A DNA stretch of 64,000 bases, taken from the IMG/VR virus record IMGVR_UViG_3300025018_000091; one strand, given 5' to 3'. The stretch is from a virus. Taxonomy: Duplodnaviria > Caudoviricetes. The position numbers and the translations under genes are program-made. The stretch's first letter is position 1, and the number at the start of each line of letters is the position of its first letter. The notes under the pieces were generated by a model that saw only the letters and a list, made by a program, of their open reading frames with translations, was not told where the DNA came from and ran no database searches. This document shows positions 1-7,653 of this stretch, piece after piece.

Positions 1-170
1 GTTGGAGATAGCTTTTTAAAATTTGCATCATAAATAGATTGTAGATCTTGCTTATAATTTGTTTGTACAAAAGCAATTGCTCGATTAAAATAATCTATTA
101 GATTACTACTTATATTTGGCTTATAATCATTATCAATTATAAGTTCCGACTTATCTTTAAGTATTTCCAT
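1..170 (-). CDS. Hypothetical protein, partial (runs off window start)
   Basis: ATG at 170 overlapping the stop of the upstream gene; frame MEILKDKSELIIDNDYKPN... stays open to position 1. Confidence 0.55.
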   Translation of the reverse strand, partial: MEILKDKSELIIDNDYKPNISSNLIDYFNRAIAFVQTNYKQDLQSIYDANFKKLSP

Positions 171-915
171 GATATTTATTGTAGAAGAAATTATTTACGT
201 AATTAATTGATTCATGCGTTCCGGCGTCAGACCACATCCCATTCACGAACGAGCGGTCTAATTCTTCTAAATCCGCATACATTCTTATAATATCGGTGAT
301 CTCGTACTCGCCACGCGCACTAGGCTTCAGCTTTTTGAAGAAGTTAAAAAATTGGTAGTCGAAAATATAACAACCAGTAATTGCAAAATTATCATATTGT
401 TTATCAATTACTTTAGGCTTTTCAACAATTTTAATTAAATCATCGCCATCATAAGACGCAACACCAAAACGAGTAAGTTCTGGATGATTATGTAATACAA
501 TTTGTGCAGGCTTATCACTATCAGTAAAATCTATGGGATTTTCAAATATATTATCGCCTAATATAACCATAATTTTCTGATGTGCAAATAACCTATTTGT
601 AATAGGCACACTAGGAATTGATGCGCCACACATATTAATTGCTTGAGCGATTCCCATGGGTTTGTCTTGATAAACATAATTAATTTTCATACCAAGATGA
701 CTACCATCTCGTAAATGAGATACAACTTGACTAAAATGGTTTCCTCCCAATACAACTGTAAGGTTGGTTACTCCCGCGCTACGCAAAGTTTCTATTGGAT
801 AATCCACAATAAACTTATTGTAAACCGGAATCAAGTGCTTATTGAATAACGAATTTAGCGGAGCTAGCCTACTACCAGTTCCGCCAGTTAATAAAATGCC
901 CGTTGTAACTTTCAT
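157..915 (-). CDS. rmlA: Sugar-phosphate nucleotidyltransferase (glucose-1-phosphate thymidylyltransferase, RmlA-like)
   Basis: GILLTGGTGSRLAPL, KHLIPVYNK, QDKPMGIAQA, ILGDNIF, VEKP, SARGEYEITD, WSDAGT motifs; start set at MKVTT (915). Confidence 0.9.
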   Translation of the reverse strand: MKVTTGILLTGGTGSRLAPLNSLFNKHLIPVYNKFIVDYPIETLRSAGVTNLTVVLGGNHFSQVVSHLRDGSHLGMKINYVYQDKPMGIAQAINMCGASIPSVPITNRLFAHQKIMVILGDNIFENPIDFTDSDKPAQIVLHNHPELTRFGVASYDGDDLIKIVEKPKVIDKQYDNFAITGCYIFDYQFFNFFKKLKPSARGEYEITDIIRMYADLEELDRSFVNGMWSDAGTHESINYVNNFFYNKYHGNT

Positions 916-931
916 AAGAATGCATATAACA

Positions 932-1591
932 TTAAGTGGTTGTATTATTAATTTTTTTCCAATAACCACGACCTGGTTTTATAATACCATATGTTTTACA
1001 CCATTTACTAATGGCAACATCAGAAACCCCAAATTTTTTACTTAAATGTGTTAAAGGAAATTCCCACACTAATTTTTCTAATTCTTCTCTAGATGGTCTT
1101 TTTACCTTTCTAGATTTTAGATGCGGAACTCCTTTTTTACAAAATGAACTAATAACATCTTTAGATGATAAACCAAAATCTTTATAATTTTTTTTATTAG
1201 CAATATCTGTAAAATCCAAGAAATCTTCAAACCAATATATGGGTGTTGGCGATTTTGGAATATTAAAAGAAATGGTATGTCCAGCAAATTTAATTGAAGG
1301 AAATACTACAACATTTTTATCTGGTAAATACGCGCCATAATAATCAAAATCAAATTCTTTATACTCTTTTTTATTAACTGTATTTCTTGAATACCAATAT
1401 GTATTTTTATCTAAAAATCCATCACTTGCATATTTGCTTTGTATTCGATATAATTTATTATCTTTGTAAGCAATAAGATCGAAGGGCAAATGATCTCCTA
1501 TTGGCAAAAAGATATCAAAATCTTTTTCTATTAATGTTGAAATTACTTTTGATTGAGCAATAGTTGCTTTTCTATGTGAACTAAATACCAT
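932..1591 (-). CDS. PD-(D/E)XK homing-type endonuclease with C-terminal HTH
   Basis: PFDLIA...RIQSKY and DFDYY core; C-terminal PSREELEKLVWE...SKKFGVSDVAISKWCK HTH. Confidence 0.75.
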   Translation of the reverse strand: MVFSSHRKATIAQSKVISTLIEKDFDIFLPIGDHLPFDLIAYKDNKLYRIQSKYASDGFLDKNTYWYSRNTVNKKEYKEFDFDYYGAYLPDKNVVVFPSIKFAGHTISFNIPKSPTPIYWFEDFLDFTDIANKKNYKDFGLSSKDVISSFCKKGVPHLKSRKVKRPSREELEKLVWEFPLTHLSKKFGVSDVAISKWCKTYGIIKPGRGYWKKINNTTT

Positions 1592-1648
1592 TAAATTACT
1601 ACCATTGGTTCGAGTTAAATATATTCGAACTTATTGATAGGTTTGATT

Positions 1649-1724
1649 TGGTATCCCTAACAAGATTTGCACTTGTGACATCAAACTTAGGAGGTTTGCG
1701 TTCTATCTACTGAACTATAGGGAT
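1649..1724 (-). tRNA. tRNA-Arg(CCT)
   Basis: Acceptor ATCCCTA/TAGGGAT, anticodon arm CAAAC-CT CCT AA-GTTTG, T-loop TGCAAAT, encoded CCA. Confidence 0.9.
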
Positions 1725-2162
1725 ATTTTTTGTATCTATTCCATAATCTTCTAAAATAGATATATCAAGCTTCCATTTCTTTCCACTTCTTTTTGCCCAA
1801 GTCATAAACTCTTTAGCAATATATTCTTCAGCTACCTTTTTAGTAACCTTATTAACCTTCATGAAATGTTTTAAGGCAATTTCTTTTTTATTATTCAGCT
1901 GAGCTAAGCCAAAATGTTTTACCATATGACAATTAGGACACAACGCAATCAAACCAGTAAGTTTTTGGACACCAGCTCTATATTTCCATATTTCATGGCA
2001 TTCAACTGGATGTTTGGGTCCAATACCACCACATATCTCACAAGTATCCCACGCACGAGAATAAACTTGTTTTTTTAAGGAATCCCACCGTTGTTTTGTT
2101 AAAATCGCTCTAACATTAGAATACCAGCAGGAAGACGGAACCAAGTCCAATGTTAGCTTCAT
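1707..2162 (-). CDS. HNH endonuclease
   Basis: CEICG...ECHE...ALCPNCH...H pattern; stop codon lies inside the tRNA-Arg gene. Confidence 0.85.
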   Translation of the reverse strand: MKLTLDLVPSSCWYSNVRAILTKQRWDSLKKQVYSRAWDTCEICGGIGPKHPVECHEIWKYRAGVQKLTGLIALCPNCHMVKHFGLAQLNNKKEIALKHFMKVNKVTKKVAEEYIAKEFMTWAKRSGKKWKLDISILEDYGIDTKNIPIVQ

Positions 2163-2440
2163 TTAAGATCTCTAAATAAATTTCTGTATGCATGAACTAA
2201 CTTGACTACTTGAACCATTAACTCCTGTTGTTCATCGGTTAAAGATTCTTCACCATAGAACATCATAGATCTAGCAGCGTCATTCAATTCAGTCATTGAC
2301 ATATTCATTGAATATAATGATGACTTAATTTTATTCATTATATCGGTATTAAAAACTGGGTCTGTGTTCCGGACCTCTTGATCACCAATTTTTTCTTCTA
2401 TTTCATTAGCTAATGAAAATAATTTATCAAGATTGTTCAT
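2159..2440 (-). CDS. Hypothetical protein
   Basis: 93-aa ORF in co-oriented gene run with ATGA overlap. Confidence 0.6.
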   Translation of the reverse strand: MNNLDKLFSLANEIEEKIGDQEVRNTDPVFNTDIMNKIKSSLYSMNMSMTELNDAARSMMFYGEESLTDEQQELMVQVVKLVHAYRNLFRDLK

Positions 2441-2463
2441 ATTAAAGTGCTAGATTATTAGTA

Positions 2464-2868
2464 TTACCCAGAAAATTCTACTAGATAATCCATCTTTTGT
2501 TGTTTGGTATCATAAATCACATATTCATCATCAGAAAATTGTGAACCTCTAACCCCATGACAACTATCAAATCCTTTTGGAGGTCCAGCTAAACCATATG
2601 TAATTTTACGATACTCTTTTTCTTTTCCTAAAGCAACACTTGCTATAGTCATTAATTTTGTACCACGACTACCTGGATGGGCGTAATAAGAAGCAGTATT
2701 AACTGCATCTACAAAATAAATACCGTTTCCCAACCAACCTGCGTCAGTTCTTTTAACACCTAAGCTTACAACTACTTTAGGGAGTAATAACCCCCTAGAT
2801 AAGATACCAACCCAATTTTTGGTTGAAGTACCATGAAATAGCTGTCTTATATTACCAATGATAACCAA
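2464..2868 (-). CDS. PARP-type ADP-ribosyltransferase, catalytic domain only
   Basis: LFHGT, LGNGIYF, SYY and DDEYVIYD give the H-Y-E triad; no WGR or regulatory domain. Confidence 0.8.
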   Translation of the reverse strand: MVIIGNIRQLFHGTSTKNWVGILSRGLLLPKVVVSLGVKRTDAGWLGNGIYFVDAVNTASYYAHPGSRGTKLMTIASVALGKEKEYRKITYGLAGPPKGFDSCHGVRGSQFSDDEYVIYDTKQQKMDYLVEFSG

Positions 2869-2884
2869 TTTACCACTTTATATT

Positions 2885-3199
2885 TCATCCTACCCACCAA
2901 CAAAAAGTATTTTCAAGAGGTTTTGGTACATCAACTTTTGAAATAATTAAATCTCCAGAACTATAATCAGCATAATACCACCATTGTTTTGGAAACTCAA
3001 ATTTTCCTCTTGAAGGAATAACAGAGACCTCTTCAATCAATGCATAGTTATAATAAAATTCAAATATATCACCACTATTTGTTAATATTGTTTTCTCGGC
3101 ATCATTAAATCTTTTGTATAGCGCCCACAATCGAGTTGATCTAACTACATTCCGTAATTCGAAATCCAATAGCATGACACCCATAGCATATATTTTCAT
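2885..3199 (-). CDS. Hypothetical protein
   Basis: 104-aa ORF in co-oriented run. Confidence 0.55.
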   Translation of the reverse strand: MKIYAMGVMLLDFELRNVVRSTRLWALYKRFNDAEKTILTNSGDIFEFYYNYALIEEVSVIPSRGKFEFPKQWWYYADYSSGDLIISKVDVPKPLENTFCWWVG

Positions 3200-3501
3200 T
3201 ATTCAAAACATTTCTTTTTATCTTGACGATGAATTCCTAATATAATCATTTCATCAATCATCATATTAATTGCTTGTAGGTTTCTTGCTGCCTGTAAAGA
3301 TACGTCTTCATCATCAGAATTTAAATAAAAAATCATTTCGTGCCTATATCTAATCATAGCATAATATTTGCCACGCTGACAAGCATTTAATGGTTCTGCA
3401 ATTCTTTGTTCAATGGCGGTTGGTTCGGTCTCAGGCGGAACCTGAAGTTGAGTAGCGCCGCACCCAAATATAAATAGAATGAGTATGAGAAGATATCTCA
3501 T
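3199..3501 (-). CDS. Putative lipoprotein
   Basis: Start at MRYLLILILFIFGC (signal plus lipobox-like Cys); the longer track start overlaps the tmRNA. Confidence 0.6.
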   Translation of the reverse strand: MRYLLILILFIFGCGATQLQVPPETEPTAIEQRIAEPLNACQRGKYYAMIRYRHEMIFYLNSDDEDVSLQAARNLQAINMMIDEMIILGIHRQDKKKCFE

Positions 3502-3523
3502 ATCTAAATGTGAAATTATTGAT

Positions 3524-3881
3524 TGGTGGAGATGCGGGGCTCCGACTCCCCGGTCCAAAGCATTCATCATCAAATATCGTTCACAGACTTAGCCAACATT
3601 AACGTTGATTGGCGACGTTGGTAAATACTCGCTTCACCAAACCAGTTACTGTTTATTTCGCTTGCAATTCCGTAACCAAATTGTTTGCTATTCTTCGTGG
3701 GTTAAATGTCTTTTGAGTACCAAGAATATCTCTTCTCAGACATTCCAATTAAGCAGCTTGTGCAACTGGAGCAAATGCGTTATCGTTTGCATTTATACGT
3801 TGGTTGCTTTTTAACGAGATTGCAATCATTCCCGGTCTGCATTTTGATTAAATCCTACCCTGTCGAATCCAATTCATCCCC
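3524..3881 (-). ncRNA. ssrA: tmRNA; tag reading frame 3790..3749 encodes ANDNAFAPVAQAA
   Basis: 5' GGGGATGAATTGGATTCGAC, 3' CATCTCCACCA, G3:U70 pair, resume codon GCA after ATAAAT, tag ending in AA-stop. Confidence 0.97.
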
Positions 3882-3893
3882 ATGTTTAAGTAA

Positions 3894-4247
3894 CTACTTC
3901 CCAATAAATAAAACCAATGGAGGCATATAGTATATTTGTTCTTTAGAATAATCACACCATTTAGTTTCAAATGTTATTCCAATATCTCCATTAGCGTGCT
4001 GAGAGACGCATAATGTTCCATTTATATATTTTTTATTAGACAATACCTCTTTATCAAAATTTTTATCTATATCTAATATATGAACAACATTATCTTTATC
4101 TATTGATTTTTTATCATAAAGATTTTTTAAATAAATATATATATCATTAATACTATTAAACTGTTTATCAAAATTTATTGAATTAATAGAAAAAAGATAT
4201 CTATCATACATAGAACGGTAACTATCATTTTTACAAAAAATTTTCAT
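3894..4247 (-). CDS. Hypothetical protein
   Basis: 117-aa ORF between tRNA-Thr and tmRNA. Confidence 0.55.
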   Translation of the reverse strand: MKIFCKNDSYRSMYDRYLFSINSINFDKQFNSINDIYIYLKNLYDKKSIDKDNVVHILDIDKNFDKEVLSNKKYINGTLCVSQHANGDIGITFETKWCDYSKEQIYYMPPLVLFIGK

Positions 4248-4249
4248 AT

Positions 4250-4323
4250 TGGAGCCGAAAACCAGTATCGCACGGGTGTCTATTCTTTACGAGAGAATTA
4301 TTCTACTTTTGAACTATATCGGC
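4250..4323 (-). tRNA. tRNA-Thr(CGT), atypical D/T loops
   Basis: Acceptor GCCGATA/TTTCGGC (one mismatch), anticodon arm ATTCT-CT CGT AA-AGAAT, T-loop TGCGATA, CCA. Confidence 0.8.
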
Positions 4324-4798
4324 TTATTTTTATATTATCAGCGATATGATTAAAATATCTGTAAGAACTTTGTTCTGTGAATTTTATCTGTTCAGAAATA
4401 TCTATAACTATTAGTTTAATTCCTTTATCTATACATCTCTGTATTTTCTTTTGATCATTATCTATTGTTTTTAGATAATTTTTATAAATTGGTTTATAAT
4501 GAAAAATTCCATTTAACTCAAATGCCAATTTAAGATCTGGTATATAGATATCTAACTCTAAATCAATTGTTTTAATATCATTGAATTTAACTGTTAAAAT
4601 TGGAAATGTTGTTTTTATTTGACCTTCAACCCACTTTTCCAATTTTGATCTTCTTATGCCATTAGTTTTATGTGTATTATTATATGTTGCTGCGCAACTA
4701 GAAGAACAGAAACTATTAATTGTCTTTTTTATTTGATTTGGATATTTGTCAAATTTAATTCCACATTGCGCACATTGAACAGACTCTATAGTTTTCAT
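4298..4798 (-). CDS. Zn-finger plus Vsr/PD-(D/E)XK-type endonuclease
   Basis: CAQCG and FCSSSC; ELDIYIPDLKLAFELNGIFHY; stop codon inside tRNA-Thr(CGT). Confidence 0.8.
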   Translation of the reverse strand: MKTIESVQCAQCGIKFDKYPNQIKKTINSFCSSSCAATYNNTHKTNGIRRSKLEKWVEGQIKTTFPILTVKFNDIKTIDLELDIYIPDLKLAFELNGIFHYKPIYKNYLKTIDNDQKKIQRCIDKGIKLIVIDISEQIKFTEQSSYRYFNHIADNIKISRYSSKVE

Positions 4799-4991
4799 AG
4801 AAAGAAAAAGACATTTTCTAGAACAATATATAGATTGCCTATTATTTGCTTTACCAAATTTACTTTGAATATCATGTTTAGTTCTACGAAAAAAAATTAT
4901 TACAATTAGGACATTGCAATTCTACTAAATCCCTAGATTGAAATGCATTTAAATAATCAATAAATTCTATTGTGTTTTTAGCTAGCATACT

Positions 4992-5065
4992 TGGAGCTGA
5001 CACCGAGTAATGCTCTCGGTTCCCAACATTACCACTGTTGAATAATACTTTTATACTATGTCAGC
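4992..5065 (-). tRNA. tRNA-Thr(GGT), atypical D/T loops
   Basis: Acceptor GCTGACA/TGTCAGC, anticodon arm CAACA-GT GGT AA-TGTTG, T arm CCGAG-AGCATTA-CTCGG, CCA. Confidence 0.8.
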
Positions 5066-5068
5066 ATT

Positions 5069-5144
5069 TGGAGCCCGCAATCGGATTTGAACCGACAATC
5101 TTTCGCTTACAGGGCGATTGCATAGCCAATCATGCTCTACGGGC
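5069..5144 (-). tRNA. tRNA-Thr(TGT)
   Basis: Canonical cloverleaf, GG in D loop, TTCAAAT T-loop, CCA. Confidence 0.95.
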
Positions 5145-5148
5145 TTAG

Positions 5149-5244
5149 TGAAGGTTTTCGCCGATATTAAGTTCCTCTACCGGAAACACGGTCTGGAATA
5201 TCAGGGTTACTTCACGAACTACCTTCAACACCTCGTGACCCTTC
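5149..5244 (-). ncRNA. Structured leader RNA with pseudoknot (HDV-like ribozyme topology candidate)
   Basis: GGGTCAC/GTAACCC, TGAAGGT/ACCTTCA and a long GATATT..AATATC hairpin, followed by GGCGAAA. Confidence 0.45.
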
Positions 5245-5250
5245 ATACAC

Positions 5251-5278
5251 AATATAACTCAATATTAGCAGATGTCAA
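5251..5278 (-). promoter_or_regulatory. Sigma70-like promoter TTGACA-N16-TATATT upstream of the Thr tRNAs
   Basis: Intergenic; one of 8 copies with the same spacing. Confidence 0.75.
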
Positions 5279-5284
5279 GGGGGA

Positions 5285-5671
5285 TTATTTTTTAAAATTA
5301 CCGATGGTCGTATGAAATTTGTGGCGACCATCGGGCGACCTTGTTATCTCGCTTGTCTTTGTTAATTCTAATTCTAACCTAATTGCTTCTAATTTTTCTG
5401 AATATATATTTAGCCACATATAATTAGGACTTATATAAATATGATTTTCATATTCAAATTCAACTTCTTGTCCTTCATATTTTCTCCACAGATATAAATT
5501 TGGTACAACTTCTTTACGAATAACAGAAATATGTGGAGCATATCTTTGCTTATTGTAATCAACATATTTTGGTATTAGAGCCTGATAATAATTTGAAATT
5601 TCAGGATCTATCTCAATGATTAATTTAAATGGATCGTTAAAATACCTTAATGTTCCAATTGATTTGAACAT
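5285..5671 (-). CDS. 2H phosphoesterase (T4 57B/Acb1-like or cyclic phosphodiesterase)
   Basis: Two HxS/T motifs: PHISV and FHTTIG. Confidence 0.7.
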   Translation of the reverse strand: MFKSIGTLRYFNDPFKLIIEIDPEISNYYQALIPKYVDYNKQRYAPHISVIRKEVVPNLYLWRKYEGQEVEFEYENHIYISPNYMWLNIYSEKLEAIRLELELTKTSEITRSPDGRHKFHTTIGNFKK

Positions 5672-5832
5672 GACTAATTTCTAGAAGTTAAGTGCCAACC
5701 TTTGCAAGCATCACAATAATAACAATCTAATTCAACAAACCCCTCACTACGCTGAATAATTATTGCAGTTTCTGCCTCTTTCTCGGTGGAATATCTTTTT
5801 TTATTCGGAAATTCAGGACAGTGTTTCATAAC

Positions 5833-6147
5833 TCAAATACCATTAATTACGGCAAGTAAGTTGAGCTTACCATCTTGCGTCATTATAGCCTGCTTTAATA
5901 ATTTTGCTTTTTGTCTTTTAAATTCATCACCAGATATTTCTAATGATTCGCAATATTTTTTAAACGTCTTTATTTTTATAGACCAAGTTTTATTAGTATC
6001 AAGACACCTCCAACCAAATCTTAATTGAAAGGGTCTATCTTCTATACGAATTGATGGCAATCCATTATTTTTAACATGTTCTTGCATGTCTTTTATCATG
6101 GCATCAAAATCATCCCAATTGTCTTCAGTATCATCATCTCCATGCAC
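5833..6147 (-). CDS. Hypothetical protein (start uncertain)
   Basis: Frame is open further upstream without a clear ATG. Confidence 0.55.
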   Translation of the reverse strand: MHGDDDTEDNWDDFDAMIKDMQEHVKNNGLPSIRIEDRPFQLRFGWRCLDTNKTWSIKIKTFKKYCESLEISGDEFKRQKAKLLKQAIMTQDGKLNLLAVINGI

Positions 6148-6304
6148 TTTTGATATAGCAGAAATAATTTGTGCAGATTCCTCAAATGGAATAGTTTCTC
6201 CATTATTATAACTGTATAATTTTTTCTGAGCCTCTTCGTATGTTAGTTCTTTTTTTATATAGAATTATATATCACAAATTTTCGCCTCTCATTTACCAAG
6301 ATAA

Positions 6305-7084
6305 TTATTCATTACGAAATATGTCAACCCCCATTTTAAAAATGTTATTTAAAAATGACTGGTCTTTTGTAAAAATTGGTAATTCAGTATTAACAATCCA
6401 TTTATTCTTAACAATACCATCTACAACTTTTGGTACTTTATAACATGCCGCACCACGCCTAAATGATTGAGGATATTCATTAAAATCTATACCGCACTCT
6501 TGTTTTAACAAATCAATCTTTTCATCAGTACTAAGATCGTTTAACATATCTTTAATTGCATTTTTATCATGCTTTTTTAGAAACTCATAAAAACAAGCAA
6601 ATCTAATAGCAGTATGAAAATTATTCTGCTGTTTATAAATAATTGTATTAATAGCTTCTGTTATAGTTGGCACGGTAAATACTTGTGAAGTAAATAATGC
6701 ATCACCCATAAGATTTAAATCCATATTAGATGCATAGATATTAAAATGTTGAGTAGCAATTGCAGATGTAATAGAACAAATTTTTTGAAGTCTATTATCA
6801 TACCAAGGCATAGTATCTGGATTCTGATCATTGCGGGTTACTACAGTAATCTCATCATTATGTTGATAAGCAAATAATGCACCATCAATTTCCATACATA
6901 ACTTAACCGTTGTTGAAAGCATGCTTTCGGCAAACTTGTTTCCATATGGTTTATCTAGTAAGGACGTAACTTTATTAAATGAGCGCCCATTAACGTTGAT
7001 AATTATGGGCACCCTATTTAATAGACGATAATTGTTGGTATCGATATAAGTATCGACCCTATCTTTTAATTTTTGAGAGGACAT
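6305..7084 (-). CDS. Thg1-like protein (tRNA-His guanylyltransferase family), divergent active site
   Basis: IIINVNGRSF (canonical RVDGKAF), QHNDEIT, FTSQVF, FRRG motifs. Confidence 0.8.
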   Translation of the reverse strand: MSSQKLKDRVDTYIDTNNYRLLNRVPIIINVNGRSFNKVTSLLDKPYGNKFAESMLSTTVKLCMEIDGALFAYQHNDEITVVTRNDQNPDTMPWYDNRLQKICSITSAIATQHFNIYASNMDLNLMGDALFTSQVFTVPTITEAINTIIYKQQNNFHTAIRFACFYEFLKKHDKNAIKDMLNDLSTDEKIDLLKQECGIDFNEYPQSFRRGAACYKVPKVVDGIVKNKWIVNTELPIFTKDQSFLNNIFKMGVDIFRNE

Positions 7085-7091
7085 ATGGAAT

Positions 7092-7119
7092 AATATAACT
7101 CAGCGTGTTGGTTGTGCAA
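7092..7119 (-). promoter_or_regulatory. Promoter TTGCAC-N16-TATATT
   Basis: Same spacing as other copies, directly upstream of the Thg1-like gene. Confidence 0.6.
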
Positions 7120-7653
7120 CCCCACGCGGAATTGTATTTTTTATTGATTGCAAGTAAGTTAATATAGTAGTTTTTACATTACCCTGTACTTTAGTAGCTA
7201 ACTGTCCTGATGGGTTAGTGCCAGACAATGAAACTAATTGTGAGCTACTATTTAATATATTAATTCTATATTCAATTTCTTGAGCGGTTAATTGTCGTTT
7301 AAAAGGAGTTTTATTATTGAATAGATATTGAAAAACTAATTTTGCAAACTCAACCAGTTTTTTAAATCTTGGTCTATAATTCCGGAAGTTTTTATACTAG
7401 CAGTATTATTGAAAATTTTTACCATATTATATGTATCATTACTAACATAAAACAAAACAGTATTAAGATAATTAGCTAATTCATTTATTTGATTTGTTAT
7501 TGTTTGACCAAAACCAACATAAATAGATGGAAAAAGAGATTGAATTTGAAAAGATGGGGGAGAGCCGCTAACAGAAGGAACGGGTGTTTCTATAGCATTA
7601 GGGTCTGCTTCTTGTGCTAACTTTTCAAATAATCTTTTTCTAAGTTTATTCAT
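7100..7653 (-). CDS. Hypothetical protein with apparent -1 frameshift at 7357-7363
   Basis: 0-frame stops at 7336; -1 frame continues KLVEFAKLVFQYLF...QPTR to 7100. Confidence 0.6.

Noticed and set aside
3605-3930. Plus-strand ORFs 3605..3814 and 3706..3930, plus 5118..5315, 38719..38994 and 39176..39370
   Set aside because: They overlap tmRNA, tRNA or structured RNA genes and have no protein motifs.
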